From IMG/VR virus record IMGVR_UViG_3300014963_000512: DNA of 64,000 nt; one strand, written 5' to 3'. This document shows, piece after piece, positions 27,267 through 35,889 of the stretch; within the stretch, counting starts at the first letter, position 1; each line of letters begins with the position of its first letter. The notes below the pieces were generated by a model. The model was not told the DNA's origin. It worked only from the letters and a program-made list of their open reading frames with translations, and did not search any database. The stretch comes from a virus. Taxonomy: Duplodnaviria; Heunggongvirae; Uroviricota; Caudoviricetes. The translations under genes were made by a program, and so were the position numbers.

Positions 27267-27718
27267 CAAAATTCGGTTTGAATGGCTTCCTTGAACGGAC
27301 AAAGGGCGCTTCTCTGCGCTACAAGCTGAGAGAACTCTGGTGGCAGTTGCGGTATGCGTGGCAGCGTGCATGGCGCGGCTATGATTTTACCGATGTCTTT
27401 GAGCTTGGGTACAACTTTACGGCTAAGATGCCTGTTCTTCTTACAGAATTTCTGAAAAACAATGTCGGCCTGTTCTATGACGCCGAAGCAGATAAGCAGC
27501 TCGACGAGGAAGAAACAAATGCGGTCATCAAGGAGATGATTTTCTACTTTGAGAACTGTGATGAAGACCATGTGTATCAACGGTTGCATCAGAAACGCTA
27601 CTATGAAGATGGTGAGTACGACCCGGAGAAATGGGAGTCAGTTCGTATAGAGCTGGAGCGGTGCCGAACAGAGGCGCTGCGCCTGTTTTCCAAGTGGTGC
27701 TTCCATCTCTGGTATTAA
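27263..27718 (+). CDS. hypothetical protein (151 aa)
   Basis: GTG with ggaggaggtgcggtc RBS. Confidence 0.5.
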   Translation: MTKFGLNGFLERTKGASLRYKLRELWWQLRYAWQRAWRGYDFTDVFELGYNFTAKMPVLLTEFLKNNVGLFYDAEADKQLDEEETNAVIKEMIFYFENCDEDHVYQRLHQKRYYEDGEYDPEKWESVRIELERCRTEALRLFSKWCFHLWY

Positions 27719-28065
27719 CCACAATGCCCGATTGAGATAACATATCACGGCTGTAAGTGGCGGTCGGAATCCAAAGTGGCACACATATTGTGACCGGGCG
27801 TAAAAGAAATAGCGGTTAGGTGGCGTTGCACCACCGAAGGCGTTGCGGAAGCTGCGCACAAGCCATAGCCGCACATAATACTTTGGTAAACTGAGACGGG
27901 AAACACTAATCCCCCTGCTCCCCGATAGAAAGGCTGAAAGGACTACCGCATGGCACAAGAGGTCATGCTGTGGTGGGAATATGGCACAGCGTAAAGGCGT
28001 GTGGTGAGGCCGGGAGTGGAGTCACTTTTGCAACAATAAAGAAATTGAAGTGGAGGTATCCCTAA

Positions 28066-28482
28066 ATGAGTATGAGCTACTGGATTTGCGAAGGCATCGG
28101 GATTCGCACCAATCAGCTGCGCCCTTTCCTGAACACGCAGAAATGCATTCAGCTTTTGAAGGAGCAGCTACCCGGTGAAGAAATCTCAGAGGATGGGTTT
28201 GACATTGATGACTACCTTTACGGCGAACCCTTTGAGAATCTTGCGGATGTCTTCACTTTTTGTGACGATACGGATTCCCTGACATATGGCGATAACGGCG
28301 ACGGTGAATATTACTTCTATTACCCGCCCTCTTACCCGTGGGAACGGACAGAAAACGAGCCCTCAAGCATTGCGGAAGTCCATGAGCGCGTTATCAAAGC
28401 CGTCCTCCGTCTCTGTGATATGACACGAGAGCAGGTCGAGGACTTGATTGACAATGACATCTATGACTACGGGTGTGGTTAA
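28066..28482 (+). CDS. hypothetical acidic protein (138 aa)
   Basis: gtggaggtatccctaaATG. Confidence 0.5.
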   Translation: MSMSYWICEGIGIRTNQLRPFLNTQKCIQLLKEQLPGEEISEDGFDIDDYLYGEPFENLADVFTFCDDTDSLTYGDNGDGEYYFYYPPSYPWERTENEPSSIAEVHERVIKAVLRLCDMTREQVEDLIDNDIYDYGCG

Positions 28483-28709
28483 TGAGGCATTCCAGAATGC
28501 GTAAATGTACCATGTGTCAAAACCACGGTTCCTGCTCTGAACAAAGAATGCGAGAGTGCCGTGTTCGTGATTATCTCTTTTTTCACCCCGCTTTTGTTGG
28601 TAGGTGTGATAACTGCGGCGCCCCATTGTATGCAGATAGCGCTCGCTACGAAGCAATGATTGGCAGGCAGACGCTGGAGTTATGTGAAAATTGCTGTAAG
28701 AAAGTGTAG
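28482..28709 (+). CDS. small Cys-rich protein
   Basis: TAATG overlap. CxxC pairs. Confidence 0.4.
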   Translation: MRHSRMRKCTMCQNHGSCSEQRMRECRVRDYLFFHPAFVGRCDNCGAPLYADSARYEAMIGRQTLELCENCCKKV

Positions 28710-28879
28710 GTCGCTATGAACACAATGCTTTTCCCCGAAGATGTCGCCAATGTAATTCAGTCTTTTTATCTATGCAACAAGGGCGATGAGGCGACAACCG
28801 ACTTACTCTTGGCCGTTGGCGCCGAGCTTCTCGATATCTCTCCTGATAAAATGTTGGAGATGATTACGGAGGGCTTCTG

Positions 28880-29068
28880 ATGAGCAGACCCAAACGCAGA
28901 AAACCTCCAGAGATGCCATACTGGTGGTGGCTTGCTCAAGATGGCTGCTGGTTCTGTAAGACACGCAGTGCCTGTTCCAACTGCAGTGTTATCAAGAAAG
29001 ACCGAAAAGCGTCTTTTGGCAAGAAAGTGAAGGGCAGACATTCGGCGAATCATAAGAAAGAGAGTTGA
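28880..29068 (+). CDS. small basic Cys-rich protein (62 aa)
   Basis: ATGA overlap. Confidence 0.35.
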   Translation: MSRPKRRKPPEMPYWWWLAQDGCWFCKTRSACSNCSVIKKDRKASFGKKVKGRHSANHKKES

Positions 29069-29074
29069 TTTCAT

Positions 29075-29350
29075 ATGGCAATGGGAAATTTTTGCTACAT
29101 TCAAAACATTGAATGCCCTTATGCTACTACACTGGGAAACTGCCGGGATGATATCTATCCGGATTTCAACAAATGTGAAATGAACGGTGATGATATGCCG
29201 CCGATTGAATGGCCGTCTCATGAGCGCCGTTCGTGGTGTTCCAATCAACACGCACACTGGGAAGTCCGTTATACCTGTTCTAAATGCGGAGAAACAGTGC
29301 GGAGAATAAAAGCGTTCTGTCCGTCCTGCAAAGCAAAAATGTCTGAGTGA
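29075..29350 (+). CDS. Zn-ribbon protein (91 aa)
   Basis: Motifs CSKCG...CPSC. Confidence 0.45.
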   Translation: MAMGNFCYIQNIECPYATTLGNCRDDIYPDFNKCEMNGDDMPPIEWPSHERRSWCSNQHAHWEVRYTCSKCGETVRRIKAFCPSCKAKMSE

Positions 29351-29365
29351 AGGCGGGCAACTAAT

Positions 29366-29737
29366 ATGAAATTGAATAAAAAGCTTTTCATTATTTTAGT
29401 TTTGCTGTTATTCACCCTTTTATGCGGATGCACACAGAATACGCAATATGAACCAAAGGAACAGCCTCACCTTTATTGGAAAGACATCGATGTGGTAGTT
29501 GAAAGTGTGGATAGCAGGCACTGGTTCGCATCCACACATCACTACATAGTGTATGTAACGGTAAGAAGCGATGAGTATCAGCTGACTTATACGGATGAGT
29601 TCGCCGGTTCTGGTGTATTTGGTTACCCCGAACAGGGGAACTATCACAAGGGTGATATCGTAAAAGCAGAAATGTACTCATGGGTGATGGATTCTACAGG
29701 TGAGGTAGTCAGGCGAGAAATCCATAAGGTGTATTGA
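29366..29737 (+). CDS. lipoprotein (LLCGC lipobox)
   Basis: N-terminal MKLNKKLFIILVLLLFTLLCGC. Confidence 0.55.
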   Translation: MKLNKKLFIILVLLLFTLLCGCTQNTQYEPKEQPHLYWKDIDVVVESVDSRHWFASTHHYIVYVTVRSDEYQLTYTDEFAGSGVFGYPEQGNYHKGDIVKAEMYSWVMDSTGEVVRREIHKVY

Positions 29738-29755
29738 TGAGTAGAGGGTTACGAA

Positions 29756-30034
29756 ATGAAGAAAAATGATATACAGATAGCACTCGACAGCATCAGTGTT
29801 CTCCAGTCTATGCTGTCAACAAAGCAGTGTGAGCCCGTTAGAAAAGAATTGGAGTTTGCAATTAACGAAATGAAGAAGTGCATACCAACAAAACCAATTC
29901 GTGAGGCGTGGTCGCCGAATACTTGCCCGAATTGTGGTGCCGACCTCGGCGGCGAATGTAATGATGGGTACTACCAAAATCCGTTCTTCGAGACTTGTCC
30001 AGAATGCAGACAGGTACTGGACTATGATTTCTAA
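29756..30034 (+). CDS. Zn-ribbon protein (92 aa)
   Basis: Motifs CPNCG...CPEC. Confidence 0.45.
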   Translation: MKKNDIQIALDSISVLQSMLSTKQCEPVRKELEFAINEMKKCIPTKPIREAWSPNTCPNCGADLGGECNDGYYQNPFFETCPECRQVLDYDF

Positions 30035-30254
30035 GAAGATGAGCAAAACATATTATGAAACCGGCATTGAAACGCCGGAAATCCTCGGCTCTGGCTCCTC
30101 ATTCTCCAGCGTTATAACAACCTCTGATGAGAGTGAGGCATTTCAAGCGTATCTTAGCGGCAACCGCAATTACCTGCTGAGGATAACTTACAGCATTGAC
30201 AGTCCAAGAAAGGTTGAGTGGTGGGACGAAGAACAGGAATGTTGGAAAACATGA
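30024..30254 (+). CDS. hypothetical protein (76 aa)
   Basis: Overlapping ATG. Confidence 0.4.
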   Translation: MISKKMSKTYYETGIETPEILGSGSSFSSVITTSDESEAFQAYLSGNRNYLLRITYSIDSPRKVEWWDEEQECWKT

Positions 30255-30266
30255 AAAGGTCGCTTT

Positions 30267-30530
30267 ATGATAAGACATTATTTTTACTGTCCTAAATGTG
30301 GCTTTGAAGAAGTCATCGGGGCGATATTGCCAAAGGGGTCTGTCCCGAATATCAGAGACGGTTATGGAACGCCCATTCACCATTACGAATGTTCCCAATG
30401 CCACAACATGGATGCGGGTTATATGCGATTTGGATTGGGTAAGATGAGCGAACTACCAGACGAAGAACAAAAGAAATATTTCAGGGGCGTAATCGGTATG
30501 TATCAAAACATCCGGGGCGTGAAAGGTTGA
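30267..30530 (+). CDS. Zn-ribbon protein (87 aa)
   Basis: Motifs CPKCG...CSQCH. Confidence 0.45.
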   Translation: MIRHYFYCPKCGFEEVIGAILPKGSVPNIRDGYGTPIHHYECSQCHNMDAGYMRFGLGKMSELPDEEQKKYFRGVIGMYQNIRGVKG

Positions 30531-30531
30531 T

Positions 30532-30804
30532 TTGATGGGGTTAATCAGGACACTTAGAGTCGCACATAAAATGTCTGAGATGTTTCCAGAAGGATGCAAG
30601 ACAGGAAATGAACTTAACTGGATGCTAAAGGGGAATTGCCCGGCTTGTGTAGCAAGCCCAATCGAACGAATGTCTATACTGGAGTATCGTAACAAGTATC
30701 CTGCTGAGAACACCCTTACTATTGGACATATAAAAATAAATCTGTGTAATCATCATCTCAAACAATTGTGTGATATGGTTGGACAGATGAAAACGAAAGG
30801 ATAA
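30532..30804 (+). CDS. hypothetical protein (90 aa)
   Basis: ORF with adjacent start. Confidence 0.4.
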   Translation: MMGLIRTLRVAHKMSEMFPEGCKTGNELNWMLKGNCPACVASPIERMSILEYRNKYPAENTLTIGHIKINLCNHHLKQLCDMVGQMKTKG

Positions 30805-30807
30805 TCT

Positions 30808-31020
30808 ATGAAATGCCCATACTGCGAGTCTGGAACGAATGATTTTGTTCCAATGAACCAAGCTGTTGAATACAGCGGCATTGAGATAGCTGTAAACAGG
30901 CAGGGAATGTTGAGGGTGAGAGTGCTTGATGACGACGGTAGCTTCACGACTCAAGATATCATTGAGATACGCAACTGTCCACTGTGCGGGAAAAGATTTA
31001 TGAAAGGCCGGTGTATATGA
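30808..31020 (+). CDS. Zn-ribbon protein (70 aa)
   Basis: Motifs CPYC...CPLCG. Confidence 0.45.
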   Translation: MKCPYCESGTNDFVPMNQAVEYSGIEIAVNRQGMLRVRVLDDDGSFTTQDIIEIRNCPLCGKRFMKGRCI

Positions 31021-31295
31021 GCTGCATCGTCCATTGCCCAAGATGTGGGCACCATATAAACATCCCTTCCAATGGAACTGCCGGATACTGCCCGATATGC
31101 GATAAGGAGGTTCCTGACATGGAGAAAAGAACGATTTTGGTAAAGCCATCCTGCTTCGCCCCAGAGTTTGAGATGATTATTCCCATCCCGACAGACCGGG
31201 ATGACGAGGAGTACATCGACGAACTGTTGGACGGAGTTCTGAGTACCGAGTTCCGATACAATGTCGAGTGGGATTTTGTTGATGGGTTAAGCTAA
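31017..31295 (+). CDS. Zn-ribbon protein (92 aa)
   Basis: ATGA overlap. Motifs CPRCG...CPIC. Confidence 0.45.
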   Translation: MSCIVHCPRCGHHINIPSNGTAGYCPICDKEVPDMEKRTILVKPSCFAPEFEMIIPIPTDRDDEEYIDELLDGVLSTEFRYNVEWDFVDGLS

Positions 31296-31316
31296 CGAGA
31301 GAAAGGAGCGGGTTTC

Positions 31317-31757
31317 ATGAAGCACAGAGCAACAATCGATTTGGAATTTACAAACGGAGACCTCTTTGAACAAGAGGTTATCAAAGCCATGCGTGCTTAC
31401 GCAAAGACAATCGCACGGGAAGCATTCCAGAACGAAGTCGAGGAATGCGTTGCTGACACCGCCAAAGTGTGGGCAAGACGCCTTTATGAGAGCAGATACA
31501 CTGAGCCGATGAGCGACAAGCTGGTGAAGGCGGAAGTCCAGTCTTACATCAAAGAACAGATGTCGCACAAGGATATGCTGGATTTGATTCAGGGAACTGT
31601 GCAGGAGGCGGTAGCTGAGTGTAAAGATAAAACGAAGCAGTTCGCCCAGGCCGAAGTCGAGAAATACCTAAAGGGTGCAGTCGTGATGAATGCAATTCAC
31701 GAAGAAATTAAACGGGTTGTTCCGCAGGCAGTTCTTGATGCGCTAAGAGGAGTGTGA
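31317..31757 (+). CDS. hypothetical protein (146 aa)
   Basis: gaaaggagcgggtttcATG. Confidence 0.5.
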   Translation: MKHRATIDLEFTNGDLFEQEVIKAMRAYAKTIAREAFQNEVEECVADTAKVWARRLYESRYTEPMSDKLVKAEVQSYIKEQMSHKDMLDLIQGTVQEAVAECKDKTKQFAQAEVEKYLKGAVVMNAIHEEIKRVVPQAVLDALRGV

Positions 31758-31767
31758 GGTTTTCAAT

Positions 31768-32160
31768 ATGACCGATTACCAGAAGTACCAACTTCAATGG
31801 ATGATTGACCACGGCTATTCCCTGCAGGACTTGATGTGTGAGCTGACAGAGTTTCAGTATGATGACCCCGAAGATAGTGACCGCATCTCCACTCCCATCT
31901 CAGAGCTATTTGACGAATGGGAATTTGACCGTGGCTTCGGTTCGGAAATCTGGGTGTGCGAGGGAGAGTGGCGCGAAGTGGAAAGTCCGCAGAGAAAGGC
32001 GGTCAACATTCAGTGGGATATTGACCCGGAGGATGACGACGGTGTTGAGCTGCCAAATGAAATCACTATTCCCAATGACATCGAAGATGAGGAAGCCATC
32101 TCTGACTATCTCTCCGATGTAACCGGGTTTTGCCACAAGGGTTTTGAGTTGGAGGAATAA
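31768..32160 (+). CDS. hypothetical acidic protein (130 aa)
   Basis: ORF. Confidence 0.5.
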   Translation: MTDYQKYQLQWMIDHGYSLQDLMCELTEFQYDDPEDSDRISTPISELFDEWEFDRGFGSEIWVCEGEWREVESPQRKAVNIQWDIDPEDDDGVELPNEITIPNDIEDEEAISDYLSDVTGFCHKGFELEE

Positions 32161-32162
32161 CC

Positions 32163-32378
32163 GTGAGGACTTGGACAGATGAAACAACTGGCTGCAAGAT
32201 GTGCGAGCCTGACTGTGCCGACGAATGGCTTTTTGATATCTGGGCTATCGGCTGCGATTACGATGGTGAAAGTACAGTAGACGGATTGAAGAGGCTGGTG
32301 GATAGTCTCGTTGAAATGAGTCAGAAAGCCAGAGATTGTCTCCACGATGGCAAATTGTTCCCCACAGATAAAGAATAA
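32163..32378 (+). CDS. hypothetical protein (71 aa)
   Basis: GTG start. Confidence 0.4.
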   Translation: MRTWTDETTGCKMCEPDCADEWLFDIWAIGCDYDGESTVDGLKRLVDSLVEMSQKARDCLHDGKLFPTDKE

Positions 32379-32387
32379 CGACCAACC

Positions 32388-32470
32388 GCTTTGTAGATTT
32401 GCTGTTATACATATTCACTTTCAGCAGCTTTTCGCCAAAGGCAAAAGTAAGAGTTCGCCACTTATGTTCG
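32388..32470 (+). repeat. Degenerate fourth copy of the retron-unit modules: ccgctttgtagattt followed 34 nt later by CGCCAAAGGCaaAAGTAAgAg
   Basis: Sequence identity to the 5' and 3' modules of units A-C. Followed by a long imperfect hairpin (gttcgcaatccgaca...tgtcggattggcgaac, 32450-32552) that contains a terminator-like stem gcccgc-ttc-gcgggc plus a T-run. Confidence 0.5.
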
Positions 32471-32632
32471 CAATCCGACAGCCCGCTTCGCGGGCAGTCA
32501 ACTTTTTTCTTGCTCGCATTGCAAGCAACGCTCGCAAGTGTCGGATTGGCGAACAATGTTGATGCATATCGGTTTGGGGCTTTAGAAAAACGACCGATAC
32601 GGAAAGCGGTATAGAAACGGAGGTAATTTCAA

Positions 32633-32968
32633 ATGCCTGATTACAAAAAATTCTTTGAGTATTGGCACGACCTGTACGGAACGGGACTGAAAATCGCAGG
32701 ATGGCATCTCAACGGGGAGCTGGAAGACTTCGATAACTTCTTTGACTCCGCCGTTGCGAGTATGGACGGCGTTGCCATCACGAGAACCTTTCAGGGTAAA
32801 ACATACACGGAACTGTGGGAAGAGTTCGGCGATGTGCCGATGAACCCAGAAACCGAATGTATCGAAGTTGCCTGGTGCGGGTTCCCAAAAGGCACACACC
32901 GTGAGGATATCTGGCATTGGTTCGAGGAAACCTTTGGTGTGGCCGTTCATGACCTTATGTATTCATGA
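32633..32968 (+). CDS. hypothetical protein (111 aa)
   Basis: aacggaggtaatttcaaATG. Confidence 0.5.
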   Translation: MPDYKKFFEYWHDLYGTGLKIAGWHLNGELEDFDNFFDSAVASMDGVAITRTFQGKTYTELWEEFGDVPMNPETECIEVAWCGFPKGTHREDIWHWFEETFGVAVHDLMYS

Positions 32969-33495
32969 CAGTCGAACTTCTCAATACATACGGAATTCTA
33001 CATATAGGTGTTGCCGAGTTCCTCTTTGACCTGGATGACCTCCCAATTATCAAAGGCCGAGACAGTTGGTACTGCGACAAAGACGGTTATCTTGTCAGCA
33101 GCTACTTTTACTGCGGTGTACGGCGGTTTGTCCGCTTTCACCGGCTGGTTATGCACGCAAAGCCAGGCCAGTTTGTTGACCACATCAACAAAAACAAGGC
33201 CGATAATCGAAAAGGGAATCTGCGCTGTTGCCAGCGGTCAGAGAACGACAGGAACCGCAGCCTCTATATCACCAACACATCTGGCGTTTCCGGCGTTTTC
33301 TTTGATAGGCAAAGAGAAAAGTGGGTAGCCAGTATTACCTATAACAGTAAGAAGATTTATCTCGGCAGGTACGATGCTAAAGAAGATGCCGTTATGGCGC
33401 GGCTCACAAAAGAGATTGAGCTTTATCGGGAGTTCGCCCCTCAGAAAGCACTCTTGGAGACACTTAGTCTTTGCTCCAACGGAACTCTGGCATAA
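32965..33495 (+). CDS. HNH endonuclease with a C-terminal AP2 DNA-binding domain (homing-endonuclease-like)
   Basis: Motif HHINKNKADNRKGNLR plus AP2-like SGVSGVFFDRQREKWVASITYNSKKIYLGRYDAKEDA. Confidence 0.8.
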   Translation: MTVELLNTYGILHIGVAEFLFDLDDLPIIKGRDSWYCDKDGYLVSSYFYCGVRRFVRFHRLVMHAKPGQFVDHINKNKADNRKGNLRCCQRSENDRNRSLYITNTSGVSGVFFDRQREKWVASITYNSKKIYLGRYDAKEDAVMARLTKEIELYREFAPQKALLETLSLCSNGTLA

Positions 33496-33774
33496 AGCGA
33501 TAAGGGTCAAGCTTCAGGACGGCACATACAGATAATCCAATCCTCATACTGGCGCCGCTTATGTTGCGCTCTCCATTTTCCAATCTCTGATATTGGCGAG
33601 CCTGAATGTGTGCTGCATCTGCCACCTGCTGCTGGGTCATTCCGAGTTCCTCCCGCCGATTTTTCAAAATATCCTTTTCGGTTTCAAGGAAGAACCACTG
33701 CTCACCATTGTTCAACAGGTCTTCACTGGGAGTTTTATAGGTGTCTTGAAAGTTCATATCAAAATCCATCATAA
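33464..33774 (-). CDS. XRE-family helix-turn-helix transcriptional regulator
   Basis: HTH LGMTQQQVADAAHIQARQYQRLENGER. Minus-strand AGGAG RBS 8 nt before ATG 33774. Confidence 0.75.
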
Positions 33775-33790
33775 TCATATCTCCTTTCAG

Positions 33791-33808
33791 CACGACCAAT
33801 CGGTCGTG
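33791..33808. promoter_or_regulatory. 18-bp palindromic operator O1 (cacgacc-aatc-ggtcgtg)
   Basis: Near-perfect palindrome between the divergent XRE gene and the Thg1-like gene. Confidence 0.55.
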
Positions 33809-33822
33809 CTTTTCTTATATCT

Positions 33823-33840
33823 TACGACCAAATGGTCGTG
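33823..33840. promoter_or_regulatory. 18-bp palindromic operator O2 (tacgacc-aaat-ggtcgtg)
   Basis: Second copy of the ACGACC-N4-GGTCGT palindrome, 14 nt from O1. TATATT -10-like hexamer at 33861. Confidence 0.55.
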
Positions 33841-33883
33841 ATGTCAAGCAATTTTCAAACTATATTTACAGGAGGGTACGCTT

Positions 33884-34678
33884 ATGGGAAATCAACGCGA
33901 TTCGCTGGGCGACAGAATGAAACGGTATGAGTATGTTTCACGCAATTACCTAACCCGTCGTGTTCCTGTCATCATTCGTATTGACGGCAAGGCTTTTCAC
34001 ACCTTTACAAAGGGAATGAGAAAGCCTTTCGACCGTGTTCTTATGTCCGCTATGCAGGAAACCATGCGCTTCCTGTGTGCCAACATTCAGGGCTGCGTCT
34101 TCGGATACACGCAGTCTGATGAAATCACATTGGTTTTGACCGATTACGCCTCTATTCGTACAGATGCATGGTTCGGCTATAATGTCCAGAAGATGTGCAG
34201 CATCGCCGCATCAATGGCGACGCTGGCGTTCAATAAGGCGTTTGCCGAGCAGACAGAAAAAGAAGACAGCGGCCTCGACCTTTCCGTTTATCGCCGCAAG
34301 TTCCAAACTGCCTTGTTCGATGCTAGAGTATTCACCATTCCTCTGGATGAGGTTTGCAACTGTCTGATTTGGCGTCAGCAAGATGCCACACGGAACAGTA
34401 TTGAAGCTGTTGGGCAAGCAAACTTCAGCCACCGAGAACTGCAAGGGAAAAGCTGCAATAAAATCCAGGATATGCTGTGGAAGGAACGGGGTATCAACTG
34501 GAATGACTTCCCTACAGATTGCAAGCGTGGCTCCTGTTGCATCAAAACAAGGGTGACAGAGGCCATCTCAGTATTAAACGGAGATGCGACTGTGGAGGTT
34601 TCCAGAAGTCGCTGGGTTATCGACCGTGAGCCGCCCGTCTTTACACAAGACAGAGAGTATGTGGAGCGATGGCTATGA
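33884..34678 (+). CDS. Thg1-like protein (tRNA 3'-5' nucleotidyltransferase, 5'-end repair)
   Basis: Motif VPVIIRIDGKAFHTFTKG (Thg1 RxDGxxFHxF). 264 aa. gaggg RBS. Confidence 0.8.
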   Translation: MGNQRDSLGDRMKRYEYVSRNYLTRRVPVIIRIDGKAFHTFTKGMRKPFDRVLMSAMQETMRFLCANIQGCVFGYTQSDEITLVLTDYASIRTDAWFGYNVQKMCSIAASMATLAFNKAFAEQTEKEDSGLDLSVYRRKFQTALFDARVFTIPLDEVCNCLIWRQQDATRNSIEAVGQANFSHRELQGKSCNKIQDMLWKERGINWNDFPTDCKRGSCCIKTRVTEAISVLNGDATVEVSRSRWVIDREPPVFTQDREYVERWL

Positions 34679-34977
34679 CAATAGAAGAGAAAGTCCAGCA
34701 GCAGGAAATCATGCTCCATGAACTGCTGGAGAAAAACAGAGAATCCAAACGAGAGCTTGCAGCATACCACAATATCATGCAGGGAATGGTGGGGAGCGCC
34801 AATGAACGCATTGACCGGTTGGAAATCATTGTAGAGACAGCCATTACAAAAGCGGTTCATGAGCTGATTGAACGCCTGCGCTACGATGATATTCAGGCAA
34901 TCGATGAGGAGGAGTTTACCGCCGCCGTCAGGAAACTGATTTTTGATGCAGACCCCGGCGTTCAGCTCCCATTCTGA
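34669..34977 (+). CDS. hypothetical coiled-coil protein (102 aa)
   Basis: Overlapping start. Confidence 0.45.
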   Translation: MAMTIEEKVQQQEIMLHELLEKNRESKRELAAYHNIMQGMVGSANERIDRLEIIVETAITKAVHELIERLRYDDIQAIDEEEFTAAVRKLIFDADPGVQLPF

Positions 34978-34987
34978 GGAGGACTTT

Positions 34988-35239
34988 ATGAAGTGCTATA
35001 AAAACGGTGGCTGTGGTGTGTATGAAAACCGTTCATGTTATGAATGCCCAGCCAGCAAACCGGAGTATCTGAAACGCTATGAGTTTCCTGACAAGGGTCT
35101 CGTAGAAAAGCTTCGGCTGTACGGCAGCACCCAACCTAATGGGAGGATGGGTGATGACTGCCGTATTCCTAAAAATGTGCTGCTCCAAGCAGCAGATAGA
35201 ATCGAGGTGTTAAGCGGTGTCCGAGCAGCAAGCAGCTAA
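34988..35239 (+). CDS. small Cys-rich protein (83 aa)
   Basis: gaggaggactttATG. Confidence 0.45.
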   Translation: MKCYKNGGCGVYENRSCYECPASKPEYLKRYEFPDKGLVEKLRLYGSTQPNGRMGDDCRIPKNVLLQAADRIEVLSGVRAASS

Positions 35240-35828
35240 CAGAAAACTATATATCTCCGATTGGCATTACGGCCATAATAACATTTTGGCATTCGATAAC
35301 CGCCCTTTCAAAACGGTTGAGGAAATGAACGCTGCGCTTGTCGAGCGATGGAATGCCGCCGTTCATCCTGGCGACACCGTCTATGTTCTTGGCGATATGT
35401 TCTGGTGTAATATGCAGGAAGCGATTTCTGTTCTCAATCAGCTAAACGGACAGGTGTTTCTGATTAAGGGCAACCATGACCGCTGCAGCGATGGGCGGTT
35501 TCTCAAGAAATTTGTTAAGGTTACAGAATATCTTGAAGTTGAGGACTCTGGTCGTAAGGTTGTCCTCTGCCATTACCCAATCCCGTGTTTCAAGAACCAC
35601 TATTACGGCTGGTATCACCTGTACGGCCATGTTCACAATTCCTTTGAGTGGAACATGATGGAGCATGACCGCTTCTTGATGCAGGAATTATACGGACATC
35701 CATGCCTTATGTATAATGTCGGCTCGATGATGCCGTGGATGGACTATACCCCAAGAACAATGGATGAAATCCTGCGGCTTGAAGCTGTTTACAAAAATGA
35801 AGAGGTGGAACCGCCTGCCGCACAGTAG
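35217..35828 (+). CDS. calcineurin-like metallophosphoesterase (second copy, different sequence)
   Basis: Motifs DWHYGH, GDMF, GNHD, GHVH. GTG start. Confidence 0.75.
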   Translation: MSEQQAANRKLYISDWHYGHNNILAFDNRPFKTVEEMNAALVERWNAAVHPGDTVYVLGDMFWCNMQEAISVLNQLNGQVFLIKGNHDRCSDGRFLKKFVKVTEYLEVEDSGRKVVLCHYPIPCFKNHYYGWYHLYGHVHNSFEWNMMEHDRFLMQELYGHPCLMYNVGSMMPWMDYTPRTMDEILRLEAVYKNEEVEPPAAQ

Positions 35829-35889
35829 TTTTGCAGCTGCTTGATGGGCTGTATCAATGCAACACAGAAAAGAAAGGAGCGTGGCGCAC

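Noticed and set aside
28716-28880. 54-aa ORF (MNTMLFPEDVANV...) between the Cys-rich genes
   Set aside because: Below the ORF-track size cut-off, with only a weak RBS (aggt). Possibly real but unsupported, so not listed as a feature.
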